In this document: piece by piece, positions 18,072 through 27,700 of the stretch
How the letters are laid out: each line of letters begins with the position of its first letter
Position numbering within the stretch: the stretch's first letter is position 1
IMG/VR virus record: IMGVR_UViG_3300032213_001974
Coordinates: 1-61,885 of that record
Reading direction: 5' to 3' (one strand)
Source of the DNA: a virus
Taxonomy: Duplodnaviria; Caudoviricetes
Length of the DNA: 61,885 nt
The notes under the pieces: generated by a model
What the model saw: only the letters and a program-made list of their open reading frames with translations
Databases searched by the model: none
Told to the model about the DNA's origin: nothing
Made by a program: the position numbers and the translations under genes

Positions 18072-18496
18072 AGCATGCAAGAAAAGTTCGCGTGTTCGAC
18101 GCCTGTTGGAACGCCACGATTGACGTGGTGTGGAACCTTGACTACGACAAGTTTCTAGTCCTCCTCGGCAGGACCTACGAAACTTTTCTCCTCGATGACA
18201 CGCCTACTGATGGCCAGTGCATCCAGTTTGACGGACCCAAAGGTGGAGCAGACGTTCTGATTTACCTCAGAACGTGGGATTCCAACCCGTCAAGCTGGGG
18301 CGCACTCGCCCATGAGTGTTTCCACGCCTGCAATATCCTGCTCGCAGAGCGCGGACAGAAGTTCGACGCGTCCAATGACGAGGCGTACGCATACTTCTTC
18401 AGCTCAACGATCGAAAGGATCGGAGAGCTGATAGAGAAAAAGGAGCGCCTGCTTAACCAAGCGGCGCAGCGACGTAAGCGCGCACGGAGCCGCTAG
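18068..18496 (+). CDS. putative zincin-like metallopeptidase
   Basis: LAHECFH...NDEAYAY. Confidence 0.65.
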   Translation: MKHARKVRVFDACWNATIDVVWNLDYDKFLVLLGRTYETFLLDDTPTDGQCIQFDGPKGGADVLIYLRTWDSNPSSWGALAHECFHACNILLAERGQKFDASNDEAYAYFFSSTIERIGELIEKKERLLNQAAQRRKRARSR

Positions 18497-18704
18497 TCAG
18501 CGTGAAAGCCGTGAAGTTGCCGTACAGGACAAAGTTCGCTGGGTAAGCAAATCCTGTAGCGGCATCACCAGATCCGGTCAGATCGGTGAGCGTCGAGAAA
18601 GTTGTGGCAGTGATACAGTGAATCGCGGCGAACTGCCCGGTGACTGCGGTAGTTCCGGTTTCAGTGACAGATCCGCTAAGGAAGATGGGTTGCTTGACTA
18701 ACAT
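18453..18704 (-). CDS. small beta-rich virion protein
   Basis: Thr/Gly-rich; start ATG 18704 just after previous stop; 3' end overlaps convergent gene. Confidence 0.6.
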   Translation of the reverse strand: MLVKQPIFLSGSVTETGTTAVTGQFAAIHCITATTFSTLTDLTGSGDAATGFAYPANFVLYGNFTAFTLTSGSVRAYVAAPLG

Positions 18705-18705
18705 A

Positions 18706-19662
18706 TTAGTAGATGTTGTAGGGGTGGGAGGCTCCTTCACCGAAGCCGGACATTTGAATCATCGGTCGGGCGGAACCGCGAGAAGCATCAAGCTCGTCTT
18801 CGAGCATCTGCCTGCATACGCCCCAGTGGTAATTGGCTCGCTGCACGTCTGCATTGTCCTCGGCGATCCGGCCAAGCAGCGCGTGCTTGATGGCGTTGAT
18901 GTTTGCGAGGTGGATGATTTCGTCACCAGAGGTGAGGAACGGAGCCTTCCGCTTGACGAGAAGAGTAACTACAGAATCCGTCTGAGCACCAGTCACCTTG
19001 AATCGGCGGAACTGGGTAGTGCCACTCCCCGCAGGGGCAGTAGCGATTTCCATTCGGGTATCTCCATCTACTCTAAAGGATACTGCGAATGGAAGGTTAT
19101 CGAAAGTAATGGACGTGATTGTGTTTATCGCCTGACTAAACTCAACAGTAACTCCCGAGATAGAAGCGCTAATTTGCTGACCGCCTGAAGTCTGTGTGCC
19201 AGTAATCGTGATTGTCACTCCTTCCAAGTCTTCAGCAGCCACTGAGGAACCCGTCGTAAGATTGTACAGGAACACTTGGTCGATCCCCGGCGAAATGTCC
19301 TCTGGATCTGTTACTTCAAAAACGGTTGTGAGGTCCTTGGTGACCGGGTGGTAGCCCAAGTCAATCAGTCCGTAGAATCCCGGAATCTGGTCTTGCCTGC
19401 CGATCTGGCGAATGTCGTGCCACATGTTCCGCACTGGGCGAGGGAGATCGTCCACGGTAGCAGACAGCACCGCTTCGGTGTCCTCTGGCAAGCTGATGTA
19501 CCCGTTACCAGCGTCCAGCTGGATCTCGTACACGGTATCACGCCACATGCCCATAGAATAAACCCTTGGTAGGACCTGATTCAATGCGGCAAGGAAATCT
19601 CCATCCGGCTCAATGTATTGGCCGAGCTGCTGGGAAATCTGGGCTGCTGTCAGGGCGGGCAT
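18706..19662 (-). CDS. putative head-tail adaptor/tail structural protein
   Basis: 318 aa with helical N- and C-termini around a beta insert; structural block. Confidence 0.5.
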   Translation of the reverse strand: MPALTAAQISQQLGQYIEPDGDFLAALNQVLPRVYSMGMWRDTVYEIQLDAGNGYISLPEDTEAVLSATVDDLPRPVRNMWHDIRQIGRQDQIPGFYGLIDLGYHPVTKDLTTVFEVTDPEDISPGIDQVFLYNLTTGSSVAAEDLEGVTITITGTQTSGGQQISASISGVTVEFSQAINTITSITFDNLPFAVSFRVDGDTRMEIATAPAGSGTTQFRRFKVTGAQTDSVVTLLVKRKAPFLTSGDEIIHLANINAIKHALLGRIAEDNADVQRANYHWGVCRQMLEDELDASRGSARPMIQMSGFGEGASHPYNIY

Positions 19663-19697
19663 GGCTCAAGAATACTGGTAAATGGTAAGGGATTCAA
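19663..19697 (-). promoter_or_regulatory. sigma70-type promoter, leaderless
   Basis: TTGAAT-N17-TATTCT-N6-ATG. Confidence 0.65.
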
Positions 19698-19703
19698 GAT
19701 TCG

Positions 19704-19889
19704 TTACACGGGCTTCGGTGAATTTCCACCACACGTGAGACACGGAACAACCAAGGTTTGACCCTGAAAAGTATTCCCATCCGGCTTGCCTTTCACTCGA
19801 AACCGAATTTTTGCCGCTTTTGCCAGCTGACCCTCTGTTGGTCGCGGCAGTCGAATTCCTTCTTTAGGGAGAGCAAATGGATCATTCAT
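19704..19889 (-). CDS. small hypothetical protein with CxxC
   Basis: ATGA overlap with upstream gene. Confidence 0.55.
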   Translation of the reverse strand: MNDPFALPKEGIRLPRPTEGQLAKAAKIRFRVKGKPDGNTFQGQTLVVPCLTCGGNSPKPV

Positions 19890-21049
19890 GCTGGTGGGAT
19901 GTATGTAGAACCAGAGTATTGGGGCTTATTTCCATAGGGTCCATTTCCGCGACAGGTAAACCGAAAATTGCGGATTTCAACCACGCCAACGATACCAGCG
20001 GGCACAGTCACTTCGGTGCTCCAAGGAGAAAACCAACTTGCGTCATCGGGATCTTCCGCATTTCCGGGGCCTGACCACGTGTATGACTTTGCCGTAACCG
20101 TGGGAGCGTCACCCGAATAGCCTTCCTCAGCGTACCCATCGGGGAAGAAAACCTCGTCCCATTCAAGCGAGAAGGTAGTTCCAGTGTGGTCCGAGGGAAT
20201 CCTGAAGCGATAGCGCCCCTTGGTTTCGGTCTCTGCCTCGGGGCAATCCAAGGCTGGCTCATACACCACGGGATCAGCATCAGGATCCACCGGGCAAAGA
20301 GTGTATACAATAGAGCGACCAGCCAAATAGGTGCCTCCGGGAGTCCACGTGGCATCAGCCATGACAATGTCCACCTCAGACTGAAGGTCTCCCACGGTCC
20401 ACCGATTCGAGTAAGTATCCGTAGCTGACCAAGTCTGGGTTCCCGCTGTTTCTGAGTAGGTGATCGTAGACCCACTGCCAACCGGATTAGAGAAATTGCA
20501 TGCGCTCGACGGGCAAGCTGTTCCCGGCGTCGTGACAGCAGGAAGACCTTCGTAAGTAGTTGTAGTGGAGCTCGTGCAAACTACCGGGGGCGTGTCCGAA
20601 TCGTAAGTGGAGCTCGCGGTGTAAACCTGAGAAAGGATAGCGCCTTCATCTGGCGGATCATCGTAAGTAGTCGTTGTTGTCGAGGTCTCGCTTGAATTGG
20701 AAGTGATATGCTGGCGACAAATCCGACCACCTTCAGTGGTGACCATTTCCTTCGTCCAGTTTTCGTTTGAAGACCGACTGGTTGAAAAGCTCGTGGTCCG
20801 GTCACTGTAGTCCGTGCTGAAGCTGTTCGAGTAGTTGCAGGAACGATCAAGGTTTTTCCAACGGGCGTACTGCATATTGCAGTCGAAGCCATCCAAAAAT
20901 GCGTTTATGAAAAAGTAGCAGTCGATGGCGAAGAACGCTTCCTTATTCTCGATTTCAATCTCGGGAGTAGGGCAATCAGGCATCCCGCAGCACCCGCAGT
21001 ATCCGAGGCGGGTATTCCAGTCTTCAAGAGTTTCAATGGTGTCTGGCAT
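19886..21049 (-). CDS. Cys/Thr-rich putative tail protein
   Basis: start ATG 21049 overlaps previous stop; CGCCGMPDC N-terminus. Confidence 0.65.
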   Translation of the reverse strand: MPDTIETLEDWNTRLGYCGCCGMPDCPTPEIEIENKEAFFAIDCYFFINAFLDGFDCNMQYARWKNLDRSCNYSNSFSTDYSDRTTSFSTSRSSNENWTKEMVTTEGGRICRQHITSNSSETSTTTTTYDDPPDEGAILSQVYTASSTYDSDTPPVVCTSSTTTTYEGLPAVTTPGTACPSSACNFSNPVGSGSTITYSETAGTQTWSATDTYSNRWTVGDLQSEVDIVMADATWTPGGTYLAGRSIVYTLCPVDPDADPVVYEPALDCPEAETETKGRYRFRIPSDHTGTTFSLEWDEVFFPDGYAEEGYSGDAPTVTAKSYTWSGPGNAEDPDDASWFSPWSTEVTVPAGIVGVVEIRNFRFTCRGNGPYGNKPQYSGSTYIPPA

Positions 21050-21564
21050 CAACCGCGAGTGTAAGAGAGAGAACCGGGACAGTGACTTACTTGAAAGTTT
21101 CCACAACCTGCCGAGCGGAAAGTATCATCGAGGAAATCACCTAAGTCAATGTAAAGCTTGCCGTCTTCATTTGTCGCAGTAGGGATATCATTGGAGGGTA
21201 TTGCAGCCCCGTAGCGTACGTTAGCCCCTGTGACGTTTCCTCCGGGCAGGAGCACGCCGTCTATCAGCGTGGCGGTGAAATCAACTTCAAGATATAGGTG
21301 GCTTTCGTCAGTCGGCGATGACGGGATAGAGAAGTCAGGAACAGTTTCATTTCCTGTGCCTCCGGATACGGTTCCGCCGCGGAGCATAGTAGCAGACCCA
21401 TCGGTGTATGTCGTGCCAAATGGGCAGGTTGAATTCCCACTAGAGCTCCCACTGGGATCGCGCTCTTGAATCTCAGATCCCGGACCTACTTCGTAGCTGT
21501 AGGCGGGGGCCTGAAATCCGGAAAATGCAGGAGTGCTATTTACTGGAGCTACGTCGTAGATCAT
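21049..21564 (-). CDS. putative tail protein
   Basis: likely start MIYDVAP overlapping the upstream stop. Confidence 0.6.
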   Translation of the reverse strand: MIYDVAPVNSTPAFSGFQAPAYSYEVGPGSEIQERDPSGSSSGNSTCPFGTTYTDGSATMLRGGTVSGGTGNETVPDFSIPSSPTDESHLYLEVDFTATLIDGVLLPGGNVTGANVRYGAAIPSNDIPTATNEDGKLYIDLGDFLDDTFRSAGCGNFQVSHCPGSLSYTRG

Positions 21565-22766
21565 GGTACCGCAGTCGTAGGTCGGTAGACAGTGAGAGTT
21601 TTTCGGAGATACCCGCCGCGGAACGGCTGCTGCTCGTCCGAGGCAATAATAGAAGCTGGCCAGTCTGTAGGAATAGTAGCAGCAAACGTGCGCTCCGATC
21701 CAGCATTCTGGTCGAAGACAGGGTCCGTGTTTCCGGTATTCGCACTGACTGTCACAGAACCATGGAGACACGCTCCAACTGACAAGCCATACAACGGCGA
21801 GTTGTACACGATCGGAAGCGGGCGCATCGTCTGAGGGTCAGACAGCGTGTGCGGCGCTATGCTCCACGCTTCAACCACTTGAGCCTTGCACGGACCACTG
21901 TATCCCTCGCGCAAGTAGTACGGGCGAGAGTAGTATCTCGAAGACCCATCCCGTAGCAACCAGTCCATGGTCTCGATTCCTTCGAGAACCGGGGGCCAGC
22001 TGTAGTCCGCAGTAGTGTAGTAAGTTCGGCCACTTGTGACGAAGTCGCTTGGCAGCACGTCTCGGACAGAAACGGCGAACCAGTTCGCGCTCAGAGCGCG
22101 ACCCTCGCGGAAAGTTCCGTTCGACTGTAGCCCCCAAAAGGAATTTGTCTTGGAGGCGAACAGGTTCTCGATGGTCGAACCGCCAACGCTCTCGCCACGG
22201 TAGTAAAGTGTTTGAGTCGTGGACAGATTCCTTCCGCTGAACTCGTCGAAGTCATTCTGGATCAAGTCAACACGCTTAACGAATACCTGTTGGTCTATGA
22301 TGAAAATGGAATCGAGTTCCTTATCCCCGGTTCGGATTTCCTTGCGCTCGGCGAGCACGTAGCTACTAGAGAAAAGATCGACAGGAACATTCGGTTGGGC
22401 TGTTCCCATGGCTGGGGAAGCGCTGTCGAAGTCATCGCGAAGCGTGATGTAGGTTCGTGATACCGCGTCAAAGCGGGTGCCGCCGATGTCGGCCTGAGTA
22501 AACTCCCAGTTGTAGTCATCCTGATTCTCGCGGGGTGCTGCCCAATAGAAGCGGAACATCAAGCCCTGCTCATCCACTGCTGGCTGGGCGTAGCAAAAAA
22601 GATGGTTCGGGTACTTGTTAGAATCCGGATGCGGAGTTCCGTATTCCGGAATCGTGATCTTGGAAGTGTCTACGGTCTGCGAAATAACAGTATCCGCAAC
22701 TTTCGGAGATACGAAGTTGCGGAGCTTCTGTCTTACTGGAGACAAATCTGAAACAGAGATAGGCAT
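21561..22766 (-). CDS. putative tail/baseplate-like structural protein
   Basis: 401-aa beta-rich ORF coupled to neighbours. Confidence 0.65.
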   Translation of the reverse strand: MPISVSDLSPVRQKLRNFVSPKVADTVISQTVDTSKITIPEYGTPHPDSNKYPNHLFCYAQPAVDEQGLMFRFYWAAPRENQDDYNWEFTQADIGGTRFDAVSRTYITLRDDFDSASPAMGTAQPNVPVDLFSSSYVLAERKEIRTGDKELDSIFIIDQQVFVKRVDLIQNDFDEFSGRNLSTTQTLYYRGESVGGSTIENLFASKTNSFWGLQSNGTFREGRALSANWFAVSVRDVLPSDFVTSGRTYYTTADYSWPPVLEGIETMDWLLRDGSSRYYSRPYYLREGYSGPCKAQVVEAWSIAPHTLSDPQTMRPLPIVYNSPLYGLSVGACLHGSVTVSANTGNTDPVFDQNAGSERTFAATIPTDWPASIIASDEQQPFRGGYLRKTLTVYRPTTAVP

Positions 22767-23935
22767 TAGGTTAGGCGAATTTTGACTGCTCCTGCTGCGG
22801 TGTAGTACAGAGATCCTACAGCGATGCCGCCGCTGGCTGCACCCGCGTCGTCAGCATACGGGCCGAGCGGAGAAGATAGAACTGCAATCGTGCCAAGCCC
22901 AAGAGTTGTGCGCTGAGCGCTCGCGCTCACGTCGTCGAGGAGGGCGCGGCCTGCGGCGGTGCAGGTAATCTCTTCCACATTACCAGATCCTGAAGAAGAC
23001 CTGCCAAGAAGCTTGTCAGTCGCGGACACGTTCTGCATCTTTGCGTACGTGACAGCGTCATTTGCGATCGTAGCAACAAACGAGCTTGTTCCAGAACCAG
23101 TCACGTCTCCAGTCAGTGTGATAGCCGCAGAAGTGGCGACTGCGCCGAGTCCAAGAGTAGCGCGTTGGGCGCTCGCATCAGCGTCGTCAAGAATAGCGCG
23201 GCCTGCGGCAGTGCAGGTGATTTCTTCCACGTTGCCTGTGCTCGCGGATCTACCAAGCAGGCAGTTGGCGGAAGCGGTCTGAAGCTTGCCATACGTCACT
23301 ACGTTCGCAGAGATTGTCGCGGAGAATGTTCCAGTGCCCGATCCAGTGATGTCTCCAGTAAGGGAGATCGTTTGATCTCCGGTGTTGCTGCCCGAGCTGG
23401 TGCCGCTGAATGTCCCGCTTTGAGTGGCGAGAGTCCCGAGTCCAAGAGTAGACCGGGCACTCGAAGCAGTGGTGTCATCCAGCAGCGTGAGGGCGAACGA
23501 GGTGATCGTTCCGAGAGACGCGGCTGACGAGCTGGTGTAATAGACAAACTTGTCAGCGGCTGGAGTCAGTCCGTCAAAAGCGTCGATGATCGCAGGGACT
23601 GACGACAAGTCGGTGTACGGGACTGAAGAAGTAGGTGAATAGGTTCCGGAGCCAGTACGCTTTACGTAGCCATTGGAGGACAAGCCTGATAGGCCAGTTA
23701 GCTCTGTTCCCACAGTTAGAGTGGAAGAAGAGAAGACGAGACCAGTGCCAAGGGAGATTGTCTGGGCGACTCCGGTTCCAGAACTATAGCGACCCAGTAG
23801 GCGAGCAGTCGGGACACTCGCAACCTGTGCAAACGACACAGTGATTTCGTCCGTGCCACCGGAAGCGTGAGAAGATGCGTGCAGTGCTGGGAATCCAGTG
23901 TCAGATACAATGAGAGTGACTCGGTCGATTGGCAT
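22766..23935 (-). CDS. tail fibre protein
   Basis: Ser/Gly/Thr-rich; duplicated GNVEEITCTAAGRA.LDD..ASAQR.TLGLG module. Confidence 0.8.
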   Translation of the reverse strand: MPIDRVTLIVSDTGFPALHASSHASGGTDEITVSFAQVASVPTARLLGRYSSGTGVAQTISLGTGLVFSSSTLTVGTELTGLSGLSSNGYVKRTGSGTYSPTSSVPYTDLSSVPAIIDAFDGLTPAADKFVYYTSSSAASLGTITSFALTLLDDTTASSARSTLGLGTLATQSGTFSGTSSGSNTGDQTISLTGDITGSGTGTFSATISANVVTYGKLQTASANCLLGRSASTGNVEEITCTAAGRAILDDADASAQRATLGLGAVATSAAITLTGDVTGSGTSSFVATIANDAVTYAKMQNVSATDKLLGRSSSGSGNVEEITCTAAGRALLDDVSASAQRTTLGLGTIAVLSSPLGPYADDAGAASGGIAVGSLYYTAAGAVKIRLT

Positions 23936-23938
23936 GGT

Positions 23939-24256
23939 TCAGGGCTCTGAAGGAGCAGTGTAGCTGAAAGCAGCGCCATCGAAGGCATATCCCTCGGGCA
24001 TCTCGACAATACAGCGTTCAGGGAATGTGGTCTTGGCGAGCTGGGTGTTGACCGCGATGCCCAGAGCGGTGTTGCCTGTGAAGCGATCAAGGTTGAGCGG
24101 CACGTTGGCGTTGAGGCTGACCACGATCTCCTGTGGATCGCGGTCCCAGAACTGGTGGTAGCACTCAGCTTGGGTGACGGCGTAATGCCTCGCCGCCTTG
24201 GTCTGCTTGAGTGCCAGTTCGCGGTTGAATTCGACGGGTGTGAGTGGTTCGATCAT
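23939..24256 (-). CDS. hypothetical protein, possible fibre chaperone
   Basis: small gene between two fibre genes. Confidence 0.55.
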   Translation of the reverse strand: MIEPLTPVEFNRELALKQTKAARHYAVTQAECYHQFWDRDPQEIVVSLNANVPLNLDRFTGNTALGIAVNTQLAKTTFPERCIVEMPEGYAFDGAAFSYTAPSEP

Positions 24257-24264
24257 GGCAGTAG

Positions 24265-26298
24265 TTATCCGTTTACCCAGTTGGTTCCGTTGTAGAAAAC
24301 TTTTGTGACAGTTGATCCGCCTCCAGCTGCGTTTGCCATGAAGACAGGTATTGCAACTCCATCCGTAATAAATGCGGTGTCGCCTTGGGTTGCTGCTGGA
24401 AGAGTGGCGAAGGTGTATCCTTTGAGTCGAACTGTGTTGCCTGAAATGATCTTACCTGCCGTTTGGATTCCGCCAGCACCTGGATCAGATGTCGTCCCAA
24501 ATCCGACACCTCCAGAGGTGGACATGTAAAACGAGTTGGTGGCAGCGTCGTTTGCAAAGCTGAAAGGCGTTGCAGTAATGGACGTATTCGCGTCGTTGAG
24601 TCGCTGGATTTGAAACCTGTTTGAAAGATTACCAAACCGCATCACACGTTGCCCGGAAGTATTGTTTAGGGCGTTGACATACACAAACGCCTCATTGTTG
24701 GCGGTCGCAGTTACGTAAGATCCAGTGATTCCGCTTGATGTCAGGAAGTTCCTCCCGGAGCTGTCCGTCACCATGGTCAAATTACAGGTGGCATCGGTCG
24801 CGGTGAAGACTGTGCCTGAGCCTGAGCGGGACAATGTCGGAGTGGTCAGCGTCGGACTTGTTGCGAAAACAAGCGATCCTGATCCTGTCTCGTTGGTGAT
24901 GGCAGCGGCGAGGTTCGCGCTGGTCGGAGTGGCAAGGAATGTTGCAACTCCGGTTCCGAGTGATGTCAGCCCGGTTCCGCCTTTGGTGGCAGGAAGCGCG
25001 GTCGTCAAAGCCGTGGCAAGATTTTCGCCAGATGGAGTCCCGAGGAATATGCCAACTCCTGTGCCTAAACCTGAGAATTGGCTGACTGATGGCGTTTGCC
25101 AGTCTCCAGTCTCCACGCCATTTGCATAGAGTAAACTTCCTGGACTCCTTTGAAATGCAAGTTGACCTGCAAAATCTGGAGTTGCCGCTAGCTTTTCGGT
25201 TTCGTCATTGAAAACACGGGTCAATTTTCCACCCGTAACCGCCGTCATAAAATTCGCGCTGGTCGGAGTTGCGAGAAATGTAGCAACTCCGGTTCCGAGT
25301 CCGCTCACGCCTGTTGAGATAGGCAGTCCTGTCCCGTTTGTCAGCGTGATCGAAGATGGTGTGCCTGCTGCTCCTCCAGTCCGAATGAGTGTTGCCGCGC
25401 TTCCCGTGCCGTTGCGGAACGACGGGTTGCCGGATGAGTCAGAATACCATGCGGAACGTCCAGCGATGACAGTCGGTGCGGTGCCGTTGAGGGTGACGAA
25501 ATGACCTGCTTGGCCTCCTGTCGGGACGCTGGCAAAGTGGCCGTTATTGACTGCGTCACCTGAGACGTTGGCAGTTCCGTCGAAGGAAATGCCGAAGATG
25601 TTTCGGGCGGTTGCAAGCGCGGTGGCAGTGGCGGCGTTTCCAGTTACGTCGCCAGTTGAGGTTATGTTAGATGCTGCAATAGTTGAGCAGGAAATACTCC
25701 CAGCGCAGGCAATTCCATTCACTCCGACATCAATTCCATCGAAATTAAAACCTGACGACCATTCTCCCACATTTGTTCCAATACCTTTGAGAAGATTGCC
25801 AGTATCAAGGTCGACTCCGAGTTGACCGATAAAATCCGGCGTTGCTGCATCCACGGCGGCTTGGTTTGCAAACGCGCGGGTGACTTTCAAGCCCGTCAAT
25901 CCGCTGCCGTTTCCTGTCGGGGTCAGGTAATCCGTGCCAGCAGTTGCAACCGCTACGTCCGTGCCGTTGCCTTTCAGCAGGCCGTTCAGCGTCGTCGTGG
26001 TCGAGGTGCTGATGGAGTTCGGGCCTGCGGGTCCAGTGGCTCCCGTAGCTCCCGTAGCTCCCGTAGCTCCCGTAGCTCCCGTAGCTCCCGTAGCTCCCGT
26101 AGCTCCCGTAGCTCCGCGAGGAATACCAAAGTTGAAGACCGCCGCAGTGGACGTGCCACTGTTAGTCACAGTGGCGTTCGACCCGGCAGACAACGTGGTA
26201 GTAGTCCCAATCGAGATGGTTCCAGACGGACCAGTAGCGCCGACATCCGACAGGACCAGCGTTACATCGTCACCAACAGAATCTACAAGAAGTGGCAT
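24265..26298 (-). CDS. tail fibre protein with collagen-like segment
   Basis: (GAT)n repeat, three GLGTGV..FL.TP repeats, two TPDF.GQL modules. Confidence 0.85.
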   Translation of the reverse strand: MPLLVDSVGDDVTLVLSDVGATGPSGTISIGTTTTLSAGSNATVTNSGTSTAAVFNFGIPRGATGATGATGATGATGATGATGATGATGPAGPNSISTSTTTTLNGLLKGNGTDVAVATAGTDYLTPTGNGSGLTGLKVTRAFANQAAVDAATPDFIGQLGVDLDTGNLLKGIGTNVGEWSSGFNFDGIDVGVNGIACAGSISCSTIAASNITSTGDVTGNAATATALATARNIFGISFDGTANVSGDAVNNGHFASVPTGGQAGHFVTLNGTAPTVIAGRSAWYSDSSGNPSFRNGTGSAATLIRTGGAAGTPSSITLTNGTGLPISTGVSGLGTGVATFLATPTSANFMTAVTGGKLTRVFNDETEKLAATPDFAGQLAFQRSPGSLLYANGVETGDWQTPSVSQFSGLGTGVGIFLGTPSGENLATALTTALPATKGGTGLTSLGTGVATFLATPTSANLAAAITNETGSGSLVFATSPTLTTPTLSRSGSGTVFTATDATCNLTMVTDSSGRNFLTSSGITGSYVTATANNEAFVYVNALNNTSGQRVMRFGNLSNRFQIQRLNDANTSITATPFSFANDAATNSFYMSTSGGVGFGTTSDPGAGGIQTAGKIISGNTVRLKGYTFATLPAATQGDTAFITDGVAIPVFMANAAGGGSTVTKVFYNGTNWVNG
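26042..26113. repeat. 9-bp tandem repeat (CCCGTAGCT)x8 encoding Gly-Ala-Thr
   Basis: 8 perfect units read directly. Confidence 0.95.
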
Positions 26299-26624
26299 TA
26301 GTCGATTGGGGAAATATCTCCGATAATAGTCAGCTCGCCGTAGATGGGGCGATTGATGTTCGAGTTTCGGCTATACGCTACGTCGTAGACGTAGGTGAGA
26401 TTCGGGGAAAGGAGGCGAGTCTTGGTGCGGTTGAGTACGAACGTATAGACGCCCGGCGCATCCTCGGCGACTTCAAAACTGGTGACGACTGGGGTCTTGT
26501 ACTTCAGGCGAACGGCGCAAGTGAAATCGACCCCGGTTACAGGATCGTCATTATCGTCCAAGAAGGTGATCGCGAATCCGTAATCACTATCCCGGCTAAT
26601 AGTTCTGTTGATATTAGTTGCCAT
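26298..26624 (-). CDS. Ig/BppU-like fibre attachment protein
   Basis: 108-aa beta protein ending YVYDV...GELTI, upstream of fibres. Confidence 0.55.
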   Translation of the reverse strand: MATNINRTISRDSDYGFAITFLDDNDDPVTGVDFTCAVRLKYKTPVVTSFEVAEDAPGVYTFVLNRTKTRLLSPNLTYVYDVAYSRNSNINRPIYGELTIIGDISPID

Positions 26625-27171
26625 CGTTGTAAGCGGCGATTGCGTCGGCGTAAATCTCGGCGAGCTTGGCGTAGTTAAGCGAGTAGAAACTCCATTCGCG
26701 CTCGTTAGAGCCGAAGAAAGGTTCGCAGATTACTGCGGGGCATCCGGTAAGGCGAAGGAAAGAACCTCCGCGGTCGTTCGCGTCGATGGGCTTTGGTCCA
26801 CGGTTCTTGAAACCGGACAAGCCCTTGGTGTGCGCGGAGATCAGAGCAGAAGCGAGGCGGGCACCCTTGTTCGAGCTATGCCAGAACAAATACTCAAAGC
26901 CATTGGCGCTGGAGTCGGCGCTATTGAAGTGGAGTTCAATGGCGATGTCAGCGTCATAACTGGCGATCTGAGCCGCAACGTCACGCATGGCAGCCGTGTA
27001 TCCGTTGCCCTTGTAGTGATCAATGATCTCGGATTCAATGCCGCGAATGCGGAGAGCTTCCTTCAGGAAGCCAGCAAGAGTGTGGTTGTAAGACCATTCC
27101 GTGATTCCTGATACGGATTCGGCTCCGTCGTCTCCATCTCGGCTATGACCTACGCAGATTGCGACTTTCAT
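26614..27171 (-). CDS. endolysin, N-acetylmuramoyl-L-alanine amidase (Amidase_3)
   Basis: VAICVGH, E, IELHFNS, VICEPFF; start ATG 27171. Confidence 0.92.
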   Translation of the reverse strand: MKVAICVGHSRDGDDGAESVSGITEWSYNHTLAGFLKEALRIRGIESEIIDHYKGNGYTAAMRDVAAQIASYDADIAIELHFNSADSSANGFEYLFWHSSNKGARLASALISAHTKGLSGFKNRGPKPIDANDRGGSFLRLTGCPAVICEPFFGSNEREWSFYSLNYAKLAEIYADAIAAYNDGN

Positions 27172-27206
27172 AGGCGAATGATACCGCAATGCCTTGACTA
27201 ATACAA
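27172..27206 (-). promoter_or_regulatory. sigma70-type promoter, leaderless, for endolysin
   Basis: TTGTAT-N17-TATCAT-N6-ATG. Confidence 0.6.
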
Positions 27207-27208
27207 CC

Positions 27209-27700
27209 TCAATCCCCGTGGTAGTAGCATTCCGGAGTCTTCTTGAAGAAGTCTCCGAAGAACTTCCATGGATAGCCAAGAGTCGCCACAGCGCCGAAGT
27301 AGACGCCGGACAGGGCGAAGCCTTCCAGCTTCATCAGGTTGTAGAAGATCGCGTTGGCGTCTTCCTGACTAAGTGGAAAGCAGTCGGCGCTCAGATACTG
27401 GTAGAGCGCGTCGTGGACAACGGACCCACCAAGATTCGTTGGAGTGTCCGGAGTTCCAAACCACTTGCCAGCAACGGCGATCTTGGGCGAGGATCCGTTC
27501 CAGTTGTAGAACTTACGAACGGTAATCGTGTTGCCATTCAGGTTGAGCCACTCGGTTCCGCGATCGTCGCGAAAAGAATGGTTACCAAGCTGGCGGTCCA
27601 CGCGCACAGAAAAATCTTCGAGCAACTCAAAGCGGTACTTGCTACCAAACTTGGCAGGCAGTTCGCGGTAGGCGAGCTTACTTACTGATTCTATTATCAT
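27209..27700 (-). CDS. DUF1353-like protein
   Basis: WNGSSP...SVVHDALY...ANAIF...YFGAVATLG. Confidence 0.7.
   Translation of the reverse strand: MIIESVSKLAYRELPAKFGSKYRFELLEDFSVRVDRQLGNHSFRDDRGTEWLNLNGNTITVRKFYNWNGSSPKIAVAGKWFGTPDTPTNLGGSVVHDALYQYLSADCFPLSQEDANAIFYNLMKLEGFALSGVYFGAVATLGYPWKFFGDFFKKTPECYYHGD

Noticed and set aside
22766-26298. Diversity-generating retroelement targeting tail fibres
   Set aside because: No reverse transcriptase and no template/variable repeat pair differing at adenines
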